Below, piece after piece: positions 48,672-63,170 of a DNA stretch of 64,000 bases. The notes beneath the pieces were generated by a model. The model had not been told where the DNA came from. It searched no databases and saw only the letters and a list, made by a program, of their open reading frames with translations. How positions within the stretch are numbered: the stretch's first letter is position 1; each line of letters starts with the position of its first letter. The position numbers were made by a program, and so were the translations under genes. The stretch spans positions 17,858,001 to 17,922,000 of the forward strand of contig NC_045696.1 of the NCBI RefSeq assembly GCF_009834535.1, in the 5' to 3' direction. Source of the stretch: Camelus ferus. Its lineage: Eukaryota.

Positions 48672-50727
48672 GAAAAATTACTTTTGATTAAACTATTGAT
48701 GATTTGTTTTTAATTCCAATTTAATATAACAAAATCCACCTAGTATCAATGAAAACAATAGCTAAAATACTCATCTTTATATTATTGGAAAAAGGATTTA
48801 GCATACAGAAATATATATATCTAGGTAATTTGTGTATTTATATACAATATGGTATTTATGATATTATTTATGGATATATTATATATAATATTCTGTGGTT
48901 CTACATGTTACAATGATTTAATGACATTTAGAAAATGAAGATTAATTTATACTATTTAATTTTATTTTCAAATTGGTTAATTTAGATTTTCAAAGAGACA
49001 TAAAAATAAGCTTTCAAATCTGGTCAACATGGGGGTAAATGGTAAAGATATTTCAGTTGGGCTCATAGCTTCTAATTAAGGTAATTCTATAATGAAAAGA
49101 TACAGTGTCATTGAATGTATACAACTGTGAGTACTGCACAGTTGGCAAATGAACAACCAATATTTCAGAACTGATGTCTGCAAGGTTTTAAAACCAGATA
49201 GCCGACGATTTTATTGTTCAAGGCCAACAGATGTTCTTAAAAATTAAAGTGATTTGTTTTAAAGAAGTACAACAGAGCCTCACATTAAATATGTATGTGA
49301 CGCATGTGGTTCTTTTTATAAAAGTAAAACAAAGGTTATTTCATCTTCTTTCTTCCTGGTACTTACTAATTACTATATAATTATTATCTCTTTTTATAAG
49401 GAAATGAGTAAAATACAAATTTTAATTCAAGGTGGCATTTCCAAAATCTTAAGTAGCCAAAGAAATTAGGCTTTAAAATTTTAAAATTTAATTCGAAAAG
49501 TGACACCTACAAAATGTATTTTGTGCTAGTGGTTACTAATGATTATTCAAAAGTTTCTTACTATGTGTAACCTGGGCCACTGTGCATATTTAAGTTTGTC
49601 CACTCTCTATTGAAATACCATGGAAACACATTAATCAGTCGGCAATTTCCCTTTGACTTGTGGCTTTTACATCCTTTTACACAAATGTTCTAATGTTTAT
49701 GTCTAACTGGAAGGACATATAATATATTAGGTACTACATACAAAGACATAATAAACATTTGTGAAATCACTTAAACTTTTTCAGAAAATGTTTTATTTTG
49801 TATACATTGCCTAGTTTCTGATAAATCTCATGTAAGAGTTACACCAGTGTTTATGCTGCCAATAGATCCTTTACTCCATCCTAGGATGGACTTTGATGCT
49901 AACATTTTCTTTGTTTTATTTATGTTTAAGCTACAATATTGTATTTTTTCAGCTGTAATAATGATCATAAACAACAATTATTAATCTGTATCTAAATATT
50001 TTTAATCATAAAAATTTAAATATCTCCCAATTTTAAGAAAAAAATAATTTCTAGATGTTGCCAAATTTTAACAATGTTGCCATAGCATATTTTTCTTATA
50101 CTTTACATAATCTGTAATAAGGATGTTTTACTGTTTGATTCAATGTGTATTTCAGTGTTTGGTTTTCTAAATTCAAAGGGCCAGATTTTATTTGAAAGTG
50201 TAAAATCAAACTAATTACTTATCTCAAATTCAAACTTTGCTTCAGACCTTCATCTTCAATAGTCATTCAACTGTGAAGATTTTGAATTAGGAAAATATAG
50301 TCAAAGCAGGTCAAAAAATTGCAAAACACATGAGTGGTCTATGTAACTTATAACAGTAGAAAAATTGAGACATAATAAGAGAAATGTTTATGTTCATGAG
50401 ATCTCCTGAAAATTCATATTTTACATACTTAAAATGAAAACTCACTCTAAATATGGCCTCATGTATATCACTTAAGTTCGATAAGATTTAAATTGACAAA
50501 TGAAGGCAATTATTATGTAATTAGCAAGAAATATAATTGTAGAGATAAATGATTGCACTTTCCTCTTTAGTATTCTTCAAAGTTAATCATATTTTGTTTT
50601 TTGTGAAGATAAAATTTGCTTATCAAAATATGTCACAGGAAATAAAACAATTTGACAGATTTTTATGTAAGATTGCAAAGACATTTCTCTACCAACAATT
50701 CTTAGATCTCTAAATATTGTATACTAA

Positions 50728-50804
50728 GTGGGGAGGATTTAGCTCAGTGGTAGACTGCATGCTTAGCATGCACAAGGTCCTTGGTTCAGTCCCCAGTACC
50801 TCCA

Positions 50805-50836
<32 letters not shown>

Positions 50837-50876
50837 ACCTAATTACTTCCCCTCTCCAAAAATTTTTGACATAAAA
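50728..50876 (+). mobile_element. tRNA-derived SINE (Vic-1-like)
   Basis: tagctcagtggtag A box, ggttcagtccc B box, (aaat)n; TSD aaatattgta(t/c)actaa at 50712-50727 and 50877-50892. Confidence 0.88.
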
Positions 50877-51999
50877 AAATATTGTACACTAAAAACTAGT
50901 TATAATAATATTTTAGTCTGAATGGAATATATTAAATGAAGTTTTGTTCTGCAATCATGTTCGTATAAAGCTATATACTGGCTGTAAGACTGTTTACTGT
51001 CTACTTTGAGATTGAACTCTTTATATCTATAGTCATCAGCAGTACTCCATGAGGTAGGTAAAAAAAAAGAAAAAAAAGGCACCATTCAGCTTTAGTACTG
51101 CTATTAGCAGACGATGTTACCAAAAACTAATCAAAAGTACAGGGCTTCACTTTTATTTACTTGTTTGTTTGTTTGTTTTCATTTATTTATTTATTTGTTA
51201 GAAAATGGATGTGAGAGCAATATATGACTGACAAATTAAGGAGCTTTTAATATTTGTAAATTCAAATATTAAGAATTGTTAATAAGACAAAAAAAAAAAG
51301 TGTTGAAACCAATTTTAAGAGTTCCAGAGCCTATCATGACATAAAAAAGAAAAAAAGCAAGTTTCAGTCTTCCTTTTTATATAGAAATAGAGAGAATGGG
51401 ACATATGACAAACATTTAAAACAAACAATGACAAAACTCCAAGCAGACTGAAATCTGTTTCAAATTGTAGAAATGTTGCAGAAGCCTGAATCTGTGGCAC
51501 AGGTGCAGTAGCGGGAAACACAGGAGGAAGGGAGGAGCTTCATGGCTGTGTCCTGCTTCGTATCTTGCATTAAGAGAATCAGTGCCACTCCATTAATCCC
51601 ACTAGCATTTTGAAATAGGATTTGGCATCATTCACCTTACATGGAAATATCTGGACAGCACCAAAGTCCTGTAGAAGTGAGGAGTTAATGGAAACAGACC
51701 GCTTGCCTGCTGGGGGTTCCCCTCCAGGGGATCTCTATCCAGAAATCCAGAGGAGAAATCACACCACAGGGCTGCTTGCTGCCTGCGTAATCTCTGCATA
51801 GGTTGGAGGTGATCAGTTGTGGCTTTCTCTCCTAAACTTTATTCCCTCCTGTCCCTTTAAATTCATGAGAAGGGATAAAAATTACGTTCTGGGCATTAGG
51901 TTCTCCAATGACACATTTTACCATTAGGATGAAGGATATCTCCAGGGAAATGCAAAATAAAATAACTAGATATTTTAAGAGTATAATGGCTGTGGATGA

Positions 52000-53400
52000 A
52001 GAAGAAAACTGAAAATTACACACCATATGAAGCAGCCTAATTGGAACAGATAGGCCATTTTCTTTTAATTCAGATAAAATATCATTAAAGAGATATGGAA
52101 GAATTTTGGTATCTAACTCAAGATTCTAAATATCAGCGTACAATAGTCCTAAAGATTTTGGTTAAAGAAATAGGATAGAAATAGACAGGCAATCAAGTGA
52201 ATAACTAAAGTCCCAGAAAGGCCAAAATAAAGAGAGAAAATATTTGAAATAATAATTGAAATACATTTTCCAGGGTTAAAAAACAAAAAACTTGGAGTGA
52301 ATGATTGACTCAATATGAGAGAAGCGAGTTAAGAAAAAACTCTTATCCAAACACATATCAGCAAAATTTAAGTATAAAATAGCAAAATACAATTTCTAAT
52401 TTTCAAAGGAAATTAGATTGCATACAAAGAAATAAATGCAGATTTTACCTCATATATTTCAATAACAACACCGTAATAGATGATTATAATTTATTGGTAT
52501 TTTCAAATAATTAAATTACTATAAATTGAAAATGATGCCTTATAAAATTTGTTACAAAATTTATACATTGAACAGGATGGAAAGACTCATAAGATTCTCC
52601 AAGAAATGTCTGAAGGCAAAACTGATTTTAAAAATAATGTAAAAGTTAATAATTTTATTATTAAAAGGCAGAAAAACTACTGATATTTAAGATTTTATAA
52701 TAATTTTACAGCTATATGCCAAAAATCCTAAAAATTTTGACAGTAGATAAACTTTTATAGAAAATTATAAATATATAATATTAAATACTCAATTATTCAA
52801 AGCCTTTTTAATAAAAAATATTCACAAATATGCTTATCTTTTCTAGAAAATGAGAAGATGCATATGGGAATATTTATTACCCATTGTTTGATGACAGAAA
52901 TATCTTGACACCATAACTACACAGACAGTCAAAGAAAATCACATGCCTAGTTCATTCACTCACACAAATGCAAAATCTCTGAAGAGAATATTATCAAATC
53001 AAATCTAATCACAAATAATAAGTAAAATACACCATGACTACATTAGATTATATTTGGTACACATTAATGGTGTAATTTATTTGAAATAATCCATAAATAT
53101 AATTCATAGCATTGTCTCATTGAATAAGAAATAATTGTGATGACTCCACAGATACAAAAACACAAAGCAGAAGAGAAAACCTACCACTCATCCTTAGTCA
53201 AAGACTCTTGATAAATTAAGAAGAGGAAAAAACGGGAAAAACTAGAAAAAATAAAAATATTTTCAGAAGGAACTGAAAAATTCTGAAGTTGAATGATTTT
53301 AAAAACACCACAGGAATTCTTTTTAAAACTAGATATGAAACAAAGATTTTTCACAGGCCTAATTTTAATTATTAATGCATTAAGTGACTTTGCCATTTTT
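52000..53400 (+). mobile_element. Highly decayed ancient L1 (ORF1- and ORF2-like patches)
   Basis: gaaaatatttgaaataataattgaaatacattttccag (ORF1-like); acaaatgcaaaatctctgaagagaatattatcaaatcaaatc (RT-like). Confidence 0.5.
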
Positions 53401-53429
53401 GTTTTTTAGAAATAGGGGAAGAAAATAAA

Positions 53430-55152
53430 AGAAGAGCTAAATAAATGAATAAATATTTCATGCTCATGGATAGAAAGACTCAATATTTTCAAGATGTCAG
53501 TTCTTCCCAATTTGATCTATAGAGTCAAAGCAATCCCAATAAAAAATGCATCAAGTAATTTTATGGATATTGACAAACTGTATTTTAAGTTTATATGGAG
53601 AGACAAAAGACCCAGTGTCACCAAAACAGTAATGAATGAGAAGAAAAATGTTTTAAGACTGACACTACCAGACCTCAAGGCATATTATAAAGCTATAGAT
53701 GGCAAGATGGTGTGATATTGGTAAAATAATAGACAAACAGATCAATGGAATGGAAGGAGAGCCCAGGAATGGACCCACATACATATGGTCAACTGATCTT
53801 TGACAAAGGAGCAAAGGCAATACAAGGGAGCAAAAACATTCTCTTCAACAACTGGTGCTGAAATACATGGACATACGCATGCAAAATAATGAATCTAATA
53901 AAAACCTCACACATGTCACAAAATTTAACTCAAAACAGATATATATCTAAAGGTAAAACACAAACCTACAGAACTCTTAGAGGATAACATAGGAGAAAAT
54001 TTGGATGACCTGGAGAATTATGTCTTTTTGGATATGCACCAAGAAATAATGGATAATCTGGACTTTGTAAAAATTACAGTGCTCTACTGTGCAACAGACT
54101 GGGAGAAAATATTAGCAAAAGATACGTCTAATAAAGGACTGCTATCCAAAACATACAAAGAGACTCAACAATAAGAAAACTAACCATCAATTTAAAAAGT
54201 GGATCAAAGACCTTAACAGTCACCACAAGAACATGTGCAGATGGCAAATAAGCTCACAAAAAGATGCTCCACATCCTATGTCATTATGGAAATGCATGTT
54301 AGAACAACAGCAAGGTATCACTACACGTCTATTAAAATGCCCCAAATCTGGAACAGTAACAACACCAAATACTGGTGAGGATATGGGACAGAAACTCTCA
54401 TTCATTGCTAGTGGTAATGCAAAATGGTGCAGCTGTTTTGGAAGACAGTTTGCTTTCTTACAAAACTAAATATGCTTTTAACACATGATCTAGCAAACAC
54501 ATTCCTGGATATTTACCTAGAGGAGCTGAAACATGTCCATGCAAAAATTTGCACACAAATGTTTACAGCAGATTTATTCATAATTGCCCGATCCTGGAAG
54601 ATCTGCAGTATTGAGTGGATCAATAAACTGTGGCAGACACAGACAATGGATTATTCAGTGCTGAAAATAACTGAGCTATCAAGCCATAAAAAGACATGGA
54701 GGAACCTTAAAAGCATATTACTGAGTGAAAAAAGCCCATCCTAAAAGCTACGTACTATATAATTTCAACTATGTGACACTCTGGAAAAGCAAAACTACTG
54801 CAACAATAAATACAGTTTTTAGGACAGAGAATGAATAGATGGAGCACAGAAGATGCTTAGGGTAGTGAAAGTACCCTCCGTGAGGTCACAGTGCTGGACA
54901 CATGTCTCTACACATTTGTTCTAACCCGTAAGATGTACAAACCAAGAAGGGACCTTAATGCGGATTATGTATGGGGTGATTATGATGTCTCAATGTAGGT
55001 TCATCCTTGGTAACAGAGTATCTTGGTGGGGAATGTCGGTAATAGGGGAGGCTATGCATTAGTGAGGGTAGTGTTCACGCTGAAAATGCCTGTACCTTCC
55101 TTTCCATTTTGTTGTGAACCTAAAACTGCTCCAAAAAATAGTCTTAAAAAAC
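53430..55152 (+). mobile_element. Old L1 (L1MC-type) ORF2 C-terminus + 3'UTR
   Basis: MSVLPNLIYRVKAIPIK...LTLPDLKAYYKA; ends ttttgttgtgaacctaaaactgctccaaaaaatagtcttaaaaaa. Confidence 0.85.
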
Positions 55153-55719
55153 CCACAAATACGTGTTATGTTGACTTCATAATTAAAACTATGTAAAGTA
55201 TTTTAAATGTATAAGGTAAGGCCCTCATTTTTTTTACCATAATGTAATTTAATGATACAAGAAAAATATTTATACTTCTAAGAATATAATTTTGACTAAG
55301 TCAATAATTATTTTATTTTACTAGAAAATAGTTTCTAGCATCAACTGAAAAAGCAGGAAAACAAATTAACCTTAAAATAGGAGGATATAGGAAAGAAATC
55401 CTAGTCCAGCAAAACAAAATAACAAGCAGTACCCCACTATCATCTTGTAACCCTTAGTTCTCCAATTACAGCTGCTTCTATAGCCAAGAGAGAGGTGGAA
55501 CAGCTGTATTAATTACAAACCATGCCAAGTAGACCTCAGTAAAAAAAATTATCAGAGATAAAGAGGAGTATTATATAATGTGACCAAGTACACATGACAG
55601 TTTTTAAGTGTATAAACCTAACAGAGCATCAAAAATACAAGAGGCAAAAGCTGATAGAACTATGAAGAAATAGACAAATTCACTACTGAAATTAAGAACC
55701 TGAGTACTCCTTAAAGAAG

Positions 55720-55880
55720 TTATTTTTATTCCTTAGCCCTGGACCTTTCTTCTGTCTTCAAAATCAACAGTGCAGCCTCTTGTTTCATTTGTTATGTTGC
55801 CTTCTTGTTCTATGCCATCCAATTTCCTTTGCTTCTCTCTTATCGGGACACTTTCGAATGTGTTTAGGACCCAACTGTAT
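55720..55880 (-). mobile_element. MLT1 LTR fragment
   Basis: ttcttctgtcttcaaaatcaacag...tctctcttatcgggacact...tttaggaccca. Confidence 0.45.
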
Positions 55881-55884
55881 GTTA

Positions 55885-57510
55885 CTGTAACAGTGGATAC
55901 ATGGCACTATGCATTTGTCAAGACCCATTAAACTTCATGGCACAAAGAATAAACTTTAAAGCATGAAAATTTAAAACACATCATTTAAGAGGCCTGGGGA
56001 ATTCCAGAATAGAATGCAGAATGTGACAAAACATCCTAAATATATTACAAATGTATGAAAAGATCTCACTGAAGGGGGTCAGGGCAATGATGCTGACCTC
56101 AATAACTCTGAAAATTAATGGAGTCTGTAATATAAAAGTCAAAATAAAAAGAATTATAGAGATAAAATGATCCAACTGATTATGGATTAAAGTCAGAGAC
56201 ATCACTATGAACACATGTTTAACTTAACATAGATATAGATGGTTACATATAAAAATATTTATAGAGATATATATATACATGCAGGTCAGTATATGCATTT
56301 ATTTAACTACTTTATTACAAACTAGAAACAACTCCCCAAAAGCAAGACACATACCAAGTAACCAGATAGTGTATCTAACACCATTACGCAATAAAAGGAA
56401 GTTCACTGCAGAAAGGCTAACTGTAGGACTGGAGCAGGGAATGTGGCGGATGAGGTCAGAGCATCTTATAATGCCAGAAATCAAGGAAGCACACAGAGAA
56501 CGGATGGGAGGAAGGGAAGAAGGGAGGGAGGGAGGAAGAAAAGAGAGAAAAAGAGGAAGGAAGGGATGGAAGAAAGGAAGGGGGGAAGTGGCAAGGAAGG
56601 TAGGGAGAAACTCTCAATGATGGGAGCATGCTAAAAAGACAGGTCCATAGGAGCCAGCTTACTGAGATCCCAAAACTCAAAGGTGGCATAATTTGAGCAA
56701 CAAAAAAAAAGTACAATGGATTATAACCTAAAGTGTAAAATAATTATTCATAGATCAATGCTAATATAAATAATTAAATAAGTAAAAAAATGAAGGGGAA
56801 AAGACAAATCTCCATTACAAAATTCCAAATACTTTTTGTAGCTACTCTGTCTTAAGGAGGTATAGTATGAATTCCCACTTTTTATTTGTGGGCTGTGCGT
56901 AGTCACTTCTTTCCAAAGAGTATAATCTGGAAGTGGGGCAGAAAAGAGTAACTTTGCAGTGGAGATGTCTGAAAAACTCTATCTCAGCCAGGTGATCAAT
57001 TTTAACATCAACAGTGATAAGTTATATTGATAATAAGCACCCTTGAAATGATGTGATGTTGGATACTTCACCTCTGTGATCTTATGCTCGAGTCAGTACC
57101 ATATTCTAATCATGAGAAAGACATTAGACAAATACCACCAGAGAGACATTCCACAGAATACCTGGCCCACACTCATCAAACCTTTCAAAGTCAACATAAA
57201 CAAGGAAACTGAAATCAACATAATCCAAAAGAGCCTAAGGAGATATGGTTACTATATGGTACTACATACAATATGGTATCCTGGATGGGAGCCTGGAACA
57301 GGAAAATGACATTAGGTTAAGAACTAAGGGTATCTGAATAAGGAATGGGCTTTGGCTAATAATAACATATCAGTATGGTTCATTAACTATAGCAAATGAA
57401 CCATAGTAATGTATTTGTAACCAGAGAAACTAGTTGTGAATATATGGATACTTTCTGTACTATCTTTGCAATTATTCTCTAAATCTAAAAATTTTACTTT
57501 AAAAAGTAAA
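55885..57510 (+). mobile_element. Old L1 (L1MC3/4-like) long 3'UTR
   Basis: tatgcatttgtcaagaccca; ctcagccaggtgatcaatttaacatcaacagtgataag; ctgtactatctttgcaatt...aaatctaaaa end; includes a (GGAA)-rich tract at ~56505-56605. Confidence 0.7.
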
Positions 57511-59862
57511 AAATGTGTTAGTTAAATAAATAAATTAAAATGTGGGCAGGGTATGAAAAATGATAAATCTGCCACACAGGATTATGAATAATCTAATTTT
57601 GTATGCTTGATGCTATACGTATATGTAAACTGATAAACTGTATAGGTGTTTCAGGCAAATATAAGCACAAAATAATAATGGAGGTAGCACTGTTATAACT
57701 CAAAAAGTAGCATTCATTTCAAAGAAAAATAATCAAAGGGAACAAAACATGAGTGAACTCAGCTTTCCTAATTTTGTGCTATAGCAACAAACAACCTCAC
57801 TATTATCACAGTTTAGAAAAACAAAGTTATTTCTCATGAAAAAGTTTATACCAGCTATGGTTGAGCAGCAGTAAAGATTTATGTATATTCCATTACCCAG
57901 ACTGTAGGTTGCCATGACTTTCAAGCCAACACACAAACCTCATAGTCAAACGAAATAAATCAGTAGTCAATTATCAGTGATGCTATGCATCTTTTCATGT
58001 GTCCAGAGAAATCTTTATTCATATTTGCAAGGAGAAAGAATAAAATTATTAATCATCGATTGTGATAGCAGAGTTATCAGATGTAATTTATGCCCCCATC
58101 ACTGTGAATTCAGATGTGTAAAATATGGTGAATGCACATTCTGGCATAATCACAGCAGTGAGTAGCACTGTACACACAACACCATTAAGTATGGAGCAAG
58201 GAATAAAATGCAAAATTTCAACTATGACACGATGCCATTCATGAAACTTAAAATACATGCATATTTGGATAAAAATAAGTATATGGATGAAGGAATTACA
58301 TTAAACACATCAGATTATTTGCCTTTTAATGGGAAAGAGAATAGGGTTGGTGAATTAAATCAAATAAAAACAACGATGAAATAGGAAGAAAAGAAGGTAA
58401 AACTCTAGATAACTGCATGTTAAAACCTTCAGCTTCAAAATAACAAATAATAAAATATTACTATTAAAATGAATTTTATTACAAACCTATCATCTCCTAA
58501 CAGAATAACTTTATTCTAGTACTGTGAAAGAACAAAATAATACTAAATGAGCTCCTCCATTTGTGAGAAATGCAAAATGTGATTTAAGAACTATTTATTG
58601 AGGCATTTTTTCATTTAGCATATTTTGGCCAAAAATTTAGAAGTATAAATAGAAGATTAAGTTACAAGTTTGTTCATTTTCTTCCCTAATTTGAAGTCAT
58701 TAACTATACATACCAGTGGATAAACATTACCCAGTGGGTACCCAGAGACACAGACATATTTTAAACGGCAACAATTTACACATACCTAGACAAGCAGAGG
58801 GTTCGAACAAAGAAGCACAGATGTAAGAAATCAAGAGAGTCTCAGAATCACTAAACTCCACTCCCAGCTTTCTCTCCAGCTAAGCCGTCCTCCCATTACT
58901 CATGGTGCCCCTCTTTTGGAGGCAGCAGGCCTGCTTTGAAGCCACCTAGAGGGAACCCCTGCTCTCAAACACCTGTCTCTCAGCCTCCTTCCACACATAC
59001 ACATGACCCCACCTATTTACCCGTGTCAGCTTCCCTCCACTCAAGAGCACACAGACTATAGCTTCCAATCATCTCTGTCAAGAAGACAATTACAAGTGTC
59101 GATTTAGTATTTGGACGTATTAATGATCAGACAACCTAATTGATACACAAACCTGTCTTGCAGAGTTTCAAGAATCCCTTTGGTTTACATTAATTCCCTT
59201 TGAAGGGGACACCATTTAATGTGACTGGTTCAACATTCTTAAGAATTTCCTCTTGGCAAGCAATGATTTAATTTAATCAGTAAGTTCTTTCTCAAAAAAA
59301 AAAAATTGGGGAAATTACAATAGGGAATGAACTCAGCAGCTTTACTAATAGTTAGCAAGCAGAGCTGCTCAGCCAGCAGCTGGCAGCAATGAGAAAGGTT
59401 GATTCTGGCTGTGTTCTGAAGATGAGGAGTAAAAAATTCCTAACATGCCCTGCATACTGAAACATGAACAGTACTGTAACAGTAGCTCAGGTAAATGACA
59501 GGTATACTCATTTCCTTTTAGATGACTTCTTCCTTGAGACAGGAAGAAAGGCATTTACCTGATCCTTGAAACAATCATCATTTTAGCCATATCCTTTATC
59601 TGTCTAAACATGTAGATTATCTGAAGAGGAGAGCAACTTTTCTGTGAATTCAATCAATGTAGATAACAAACTGGGCTAACTGCCTTCCTCTCCATATTAT
59701 TGGACCTACGTCAAAATTACCTTGAACCATGTGACTATGCCAATAGTGTAGTGACTTGGGGTTGAAAAATTAATAAAGCTAGAAGCATTTTGAAATTTAT
59801 ATGATGACTAGATGAAATGATGGTGAAATCATCACTAAGAAAACAAATGGAAATCAATGATA

Positions 59863-59909
59863 AACCAACCAACCAACAAACCAACCAACCAAACAAACAA
59901 ACAAACAAA
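59863..59909. repeat. (AACC)n/(AAAC)n compound microsatellite
   Basis: Direct inspection. Confidence 0.9.
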
Positions 59910-60039
59910 TGATGAGAGTCAGATATTTAAAAATTCATTTGGGTGATGGGAAAGGGCCTGTGGCATAGGCTAGGCCAGGTATATTAAAATAATAATGTAA
60001 GTTTTAACACAAAATAATTTGCACACCACAGGCTTTCAC

Positions 60040-60500
60040 ATACACTTATTACGTAGAAACTTACAAAAGATGCAAAAGATGTGAGAGATGATTTAAGTAA
60101 GACCAAAGCTACAAACAATCCAAATGTCCCTTAATGGAAGAATAAACAAATTTTGGTTTTTTGATGCAATGAATTCTACTCATCAATAAAAAATAAACCA
60201 AAGTACTAATACATGAAACAATGTGGATGAATCTCAAATGCATCAGGAGTGCAAAAGGTCAGATGCAGAGAAAAGTACATATTATAATATAGTATGATGC
60301 CATTTATATAACAAAGACAGCCAAAATGAATCTATAGTGAGAGCTTATTTCAAGTTGAGAATTGACTAGAAATAGTCTTGAGGCAACTTTGTAAGGTAAA
60401 ATAATTGTTCTAAATCTTGCTTTGAGTGGTGGTAACACAGGTTTCTACAATTGCCAAAACTAATCAAACTGAGGATTTAAGGTCTATGTCTCGATACAAA
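60040..60500 (+). mobile_element. Ancient L1 (L1ME/L1MD-like) 3' remnant
   Basis: aaacaatccaaatgtccc...atgtggatgaatctcaaa...gttctaaatcttgctttgagtggtggtaacacagg. Confidence 0.6.
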
Positions 60501-61699
60501 TTATTTCATGAGTTATACATGTATTTACCTAAATTTAACATAAAGGACTAGACATTATTTGTGGGCCACTGATAATTATAACTCTAATTAATGATAATTA
60601 TAATTATTTTCACAAATGTTTTATTTTACCTAACAATGATAGCAGGAGGTGAGATCTGCAGACAATGTGTATTTTATTCTGGTGCTTCTGTTTTCATATT
60701 GAAAACTGCTATTTCTATTGTTGACATTCCAAGGTAAGTATTTCCACTGCTGTGGCTGTTGGCTTTGTCATGCAGAACCAGAACATTTGCAGGTCTAATT
60801 CAAATGAGATTTTGAAATATTTCTGGCTCCTCTTTTTCATATGCAATCAACATTTTACAGTAATTATGCAAATACAGTTTTCTAGTGAGAATTATTTTTT
60901 TGTTTATCCTTTAAGGAGTCACACAGAAAAATTAACTCATGGTAATTCCTTTAATTGAGGAAAAACTGGATTCATTAGCTCCTAGAATGTTAAAAATATG
61001 TATAAAATTAATTTTCACATTGCAATTGTGTTTAGTTTAACCTCTATGAGTTTATTTTTTTCCAAAATGTGCTTAATTAAACACTATATGCAATTTTTAT
61101 CCCAGTTCTAAATCACACACACACAAATTAAAATCATCTATTTACTGAAGGGCAAAACATATACAGTCATATTACTTTTCCCAGTTCATATGATTATGAA
61201 TAATAAAATCTGTAATTACTAGTATCAACATAGAAAATTCTACCATGCCAAGGTAGTAGAGGGAATTTATAAAGACCCTTTTGAGAGCTGTCTGGCATTG
61301 CTGTTTTCAACAATATAAGGCATTTGCTATTCTGGGAAAAAAATCTCATTTTAAAAATTGAGATATTATGAAAAAAACAAAAGAGACATAAGCTAAAGCA
61401 CAAGCTACTCTAGGAAGCCTTCCAAAATTTAGTAATAAGAGCCTTGTGTTTTAAGAAAACAACATGTTAGGTTTAGGGATATTAAAACTGAGGCTAGCCA
61501 ACACACACAAAAATGATTTTAAACACATGGGAAGATTGGTGGAAAAAAAAGAAAAAGAGAAAAAAAAATAGAAATAAGTTCAGAAAATTTGGATATTAGA
61601 AATTTAATTAAAATAAAAATAATTTAAAAAGAAATTACTTTATCTGAGAAAGAAATTTAAATGATATCAAAATTCTCTAAATTTAATATCAATATTAAA

Positions 61700-63170
61700 T
61701 TTACAATAACACCAAGGTAAGCTGACACCAAGAAATATATGACAAAATAGACATGAAGACAAAATATATCATTATATTTATAGAGCATATAGTCAATGGA
61801 TTACAGTTTATTCACCAATCAAAAATATAAGGTTACTAAACTTATAGGCACTAGTAACATAGCTCCAAGTTGCATAAAGCAAATAACTGATAGAAGTGAA
61901 ACAGAAGTTGACATTTCCAAAACTACTCTAATAGGTTTAAGAAATATCTCTCAGTAGTCTAGATCAAGCAGACAAACATATGAGGATGTTTAGTGATGTT
62001 CTGAATGACAAAATTAAGCATTTTAATCTAAAATATACACATATGTGGTCTCGGTACTATCAATTCCCAGTCTCCTGAAATAACTATTGATACCTTACAA
62101 ACACTAACCAAATTTTAGGATAGGAAAAAATGTACAAGACTTACAGGGAGAAAAATTAAAATAAAAATACATTTTAAAAAATTAAATAAAATATGAAAAA
62201 GTACACTGTATTCCTACATACAAAGATCGAATATAACATTTCTTCCAAAATTAACCACAAATTCACACAGTACAATTATAGCAGGGGCTTCTATTGGATT
62301 TGACCAGTTTGATTATCTTTTCTTTTATTTTGAAAAGCCAGTTGCCAAAAATAGTATACTTTTGAAATTAAAGAAGAATCAGAAGGAAAGAGGAGAAGGA
62401 AGAAGAGGAGACGGGGCAGAAGGACAGGAAAGGGGAAAGAGGGAAAGAAAAAAAGAATGGTAAGAATATATATGAAAAGACAATAAAATATGAAACACAG
62501 TTATAGACAGATAAATATATGAAATGATGTGAAAATACCACATTTCCAGGAAAATGCAAAATAAAAATACAATTAGATATAATTTCACCAACTTCAGATG
62601 AACAAAATTTTTAAAACCTAGGAATATCAAGAAGTGGAAAGGCTGAAAATAAAATATCTTATTTGCCTCTGGTATTAATATGCACTGCTACTATTTTATA
62701 ATAGTCACTCAACATGAAGAGGTAGCTCAAACAGGTACCAAGCACACACTTAAGTGAAACTTAGGCACATGTGCTAGTAGAGACTTGTACAGGAAAATTA
62801 ATGGATGCAATGCATGCAAAAGCCAAGAATTAAAAGCAAGTTAAATGACCAATAGCAAGAGATTAAACATACATTTTAGAAGCAATGATACAGTGTACAT
62901 AAGGCGTAGTATTGAAAACAGTGTAAGATTTATAAACATATTAAAATACCAAGTCTGACAGTGTATATTGTTTATAGGGATGTAAATATGCAATCAGATT
63001 TTCAACTAATGTATGAAAATGATGAGCAACAATCCTAGGATAGTGATTTCCTCCGAAAGGGCTTCTAACAGGAAAGGAAGCACACTTTGTTCCAATGTTT
63101 TATTTTTTAAGCTTGGTGAACTTTCATACATTACTTGTTATAACTTCATGATAAATAATTTAGTACATTT
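61700..63170 (+). mobile_element. Highly decayed L1 fragments
   Basis: gcataaagcaaataactgatagaagtgaaacagaagttgac (EN-like); aaatgcaaaataaaaatacaattagatataatttcacc (C-terminal-like). Confidence 0.45.

Noticed and set aside
60647..60740. Plus-strand exon ending aag|gtaagt
   Set aside because: Strong donor but weak acceptor, an unrecognised peptide and no supporting plus-strand exons.
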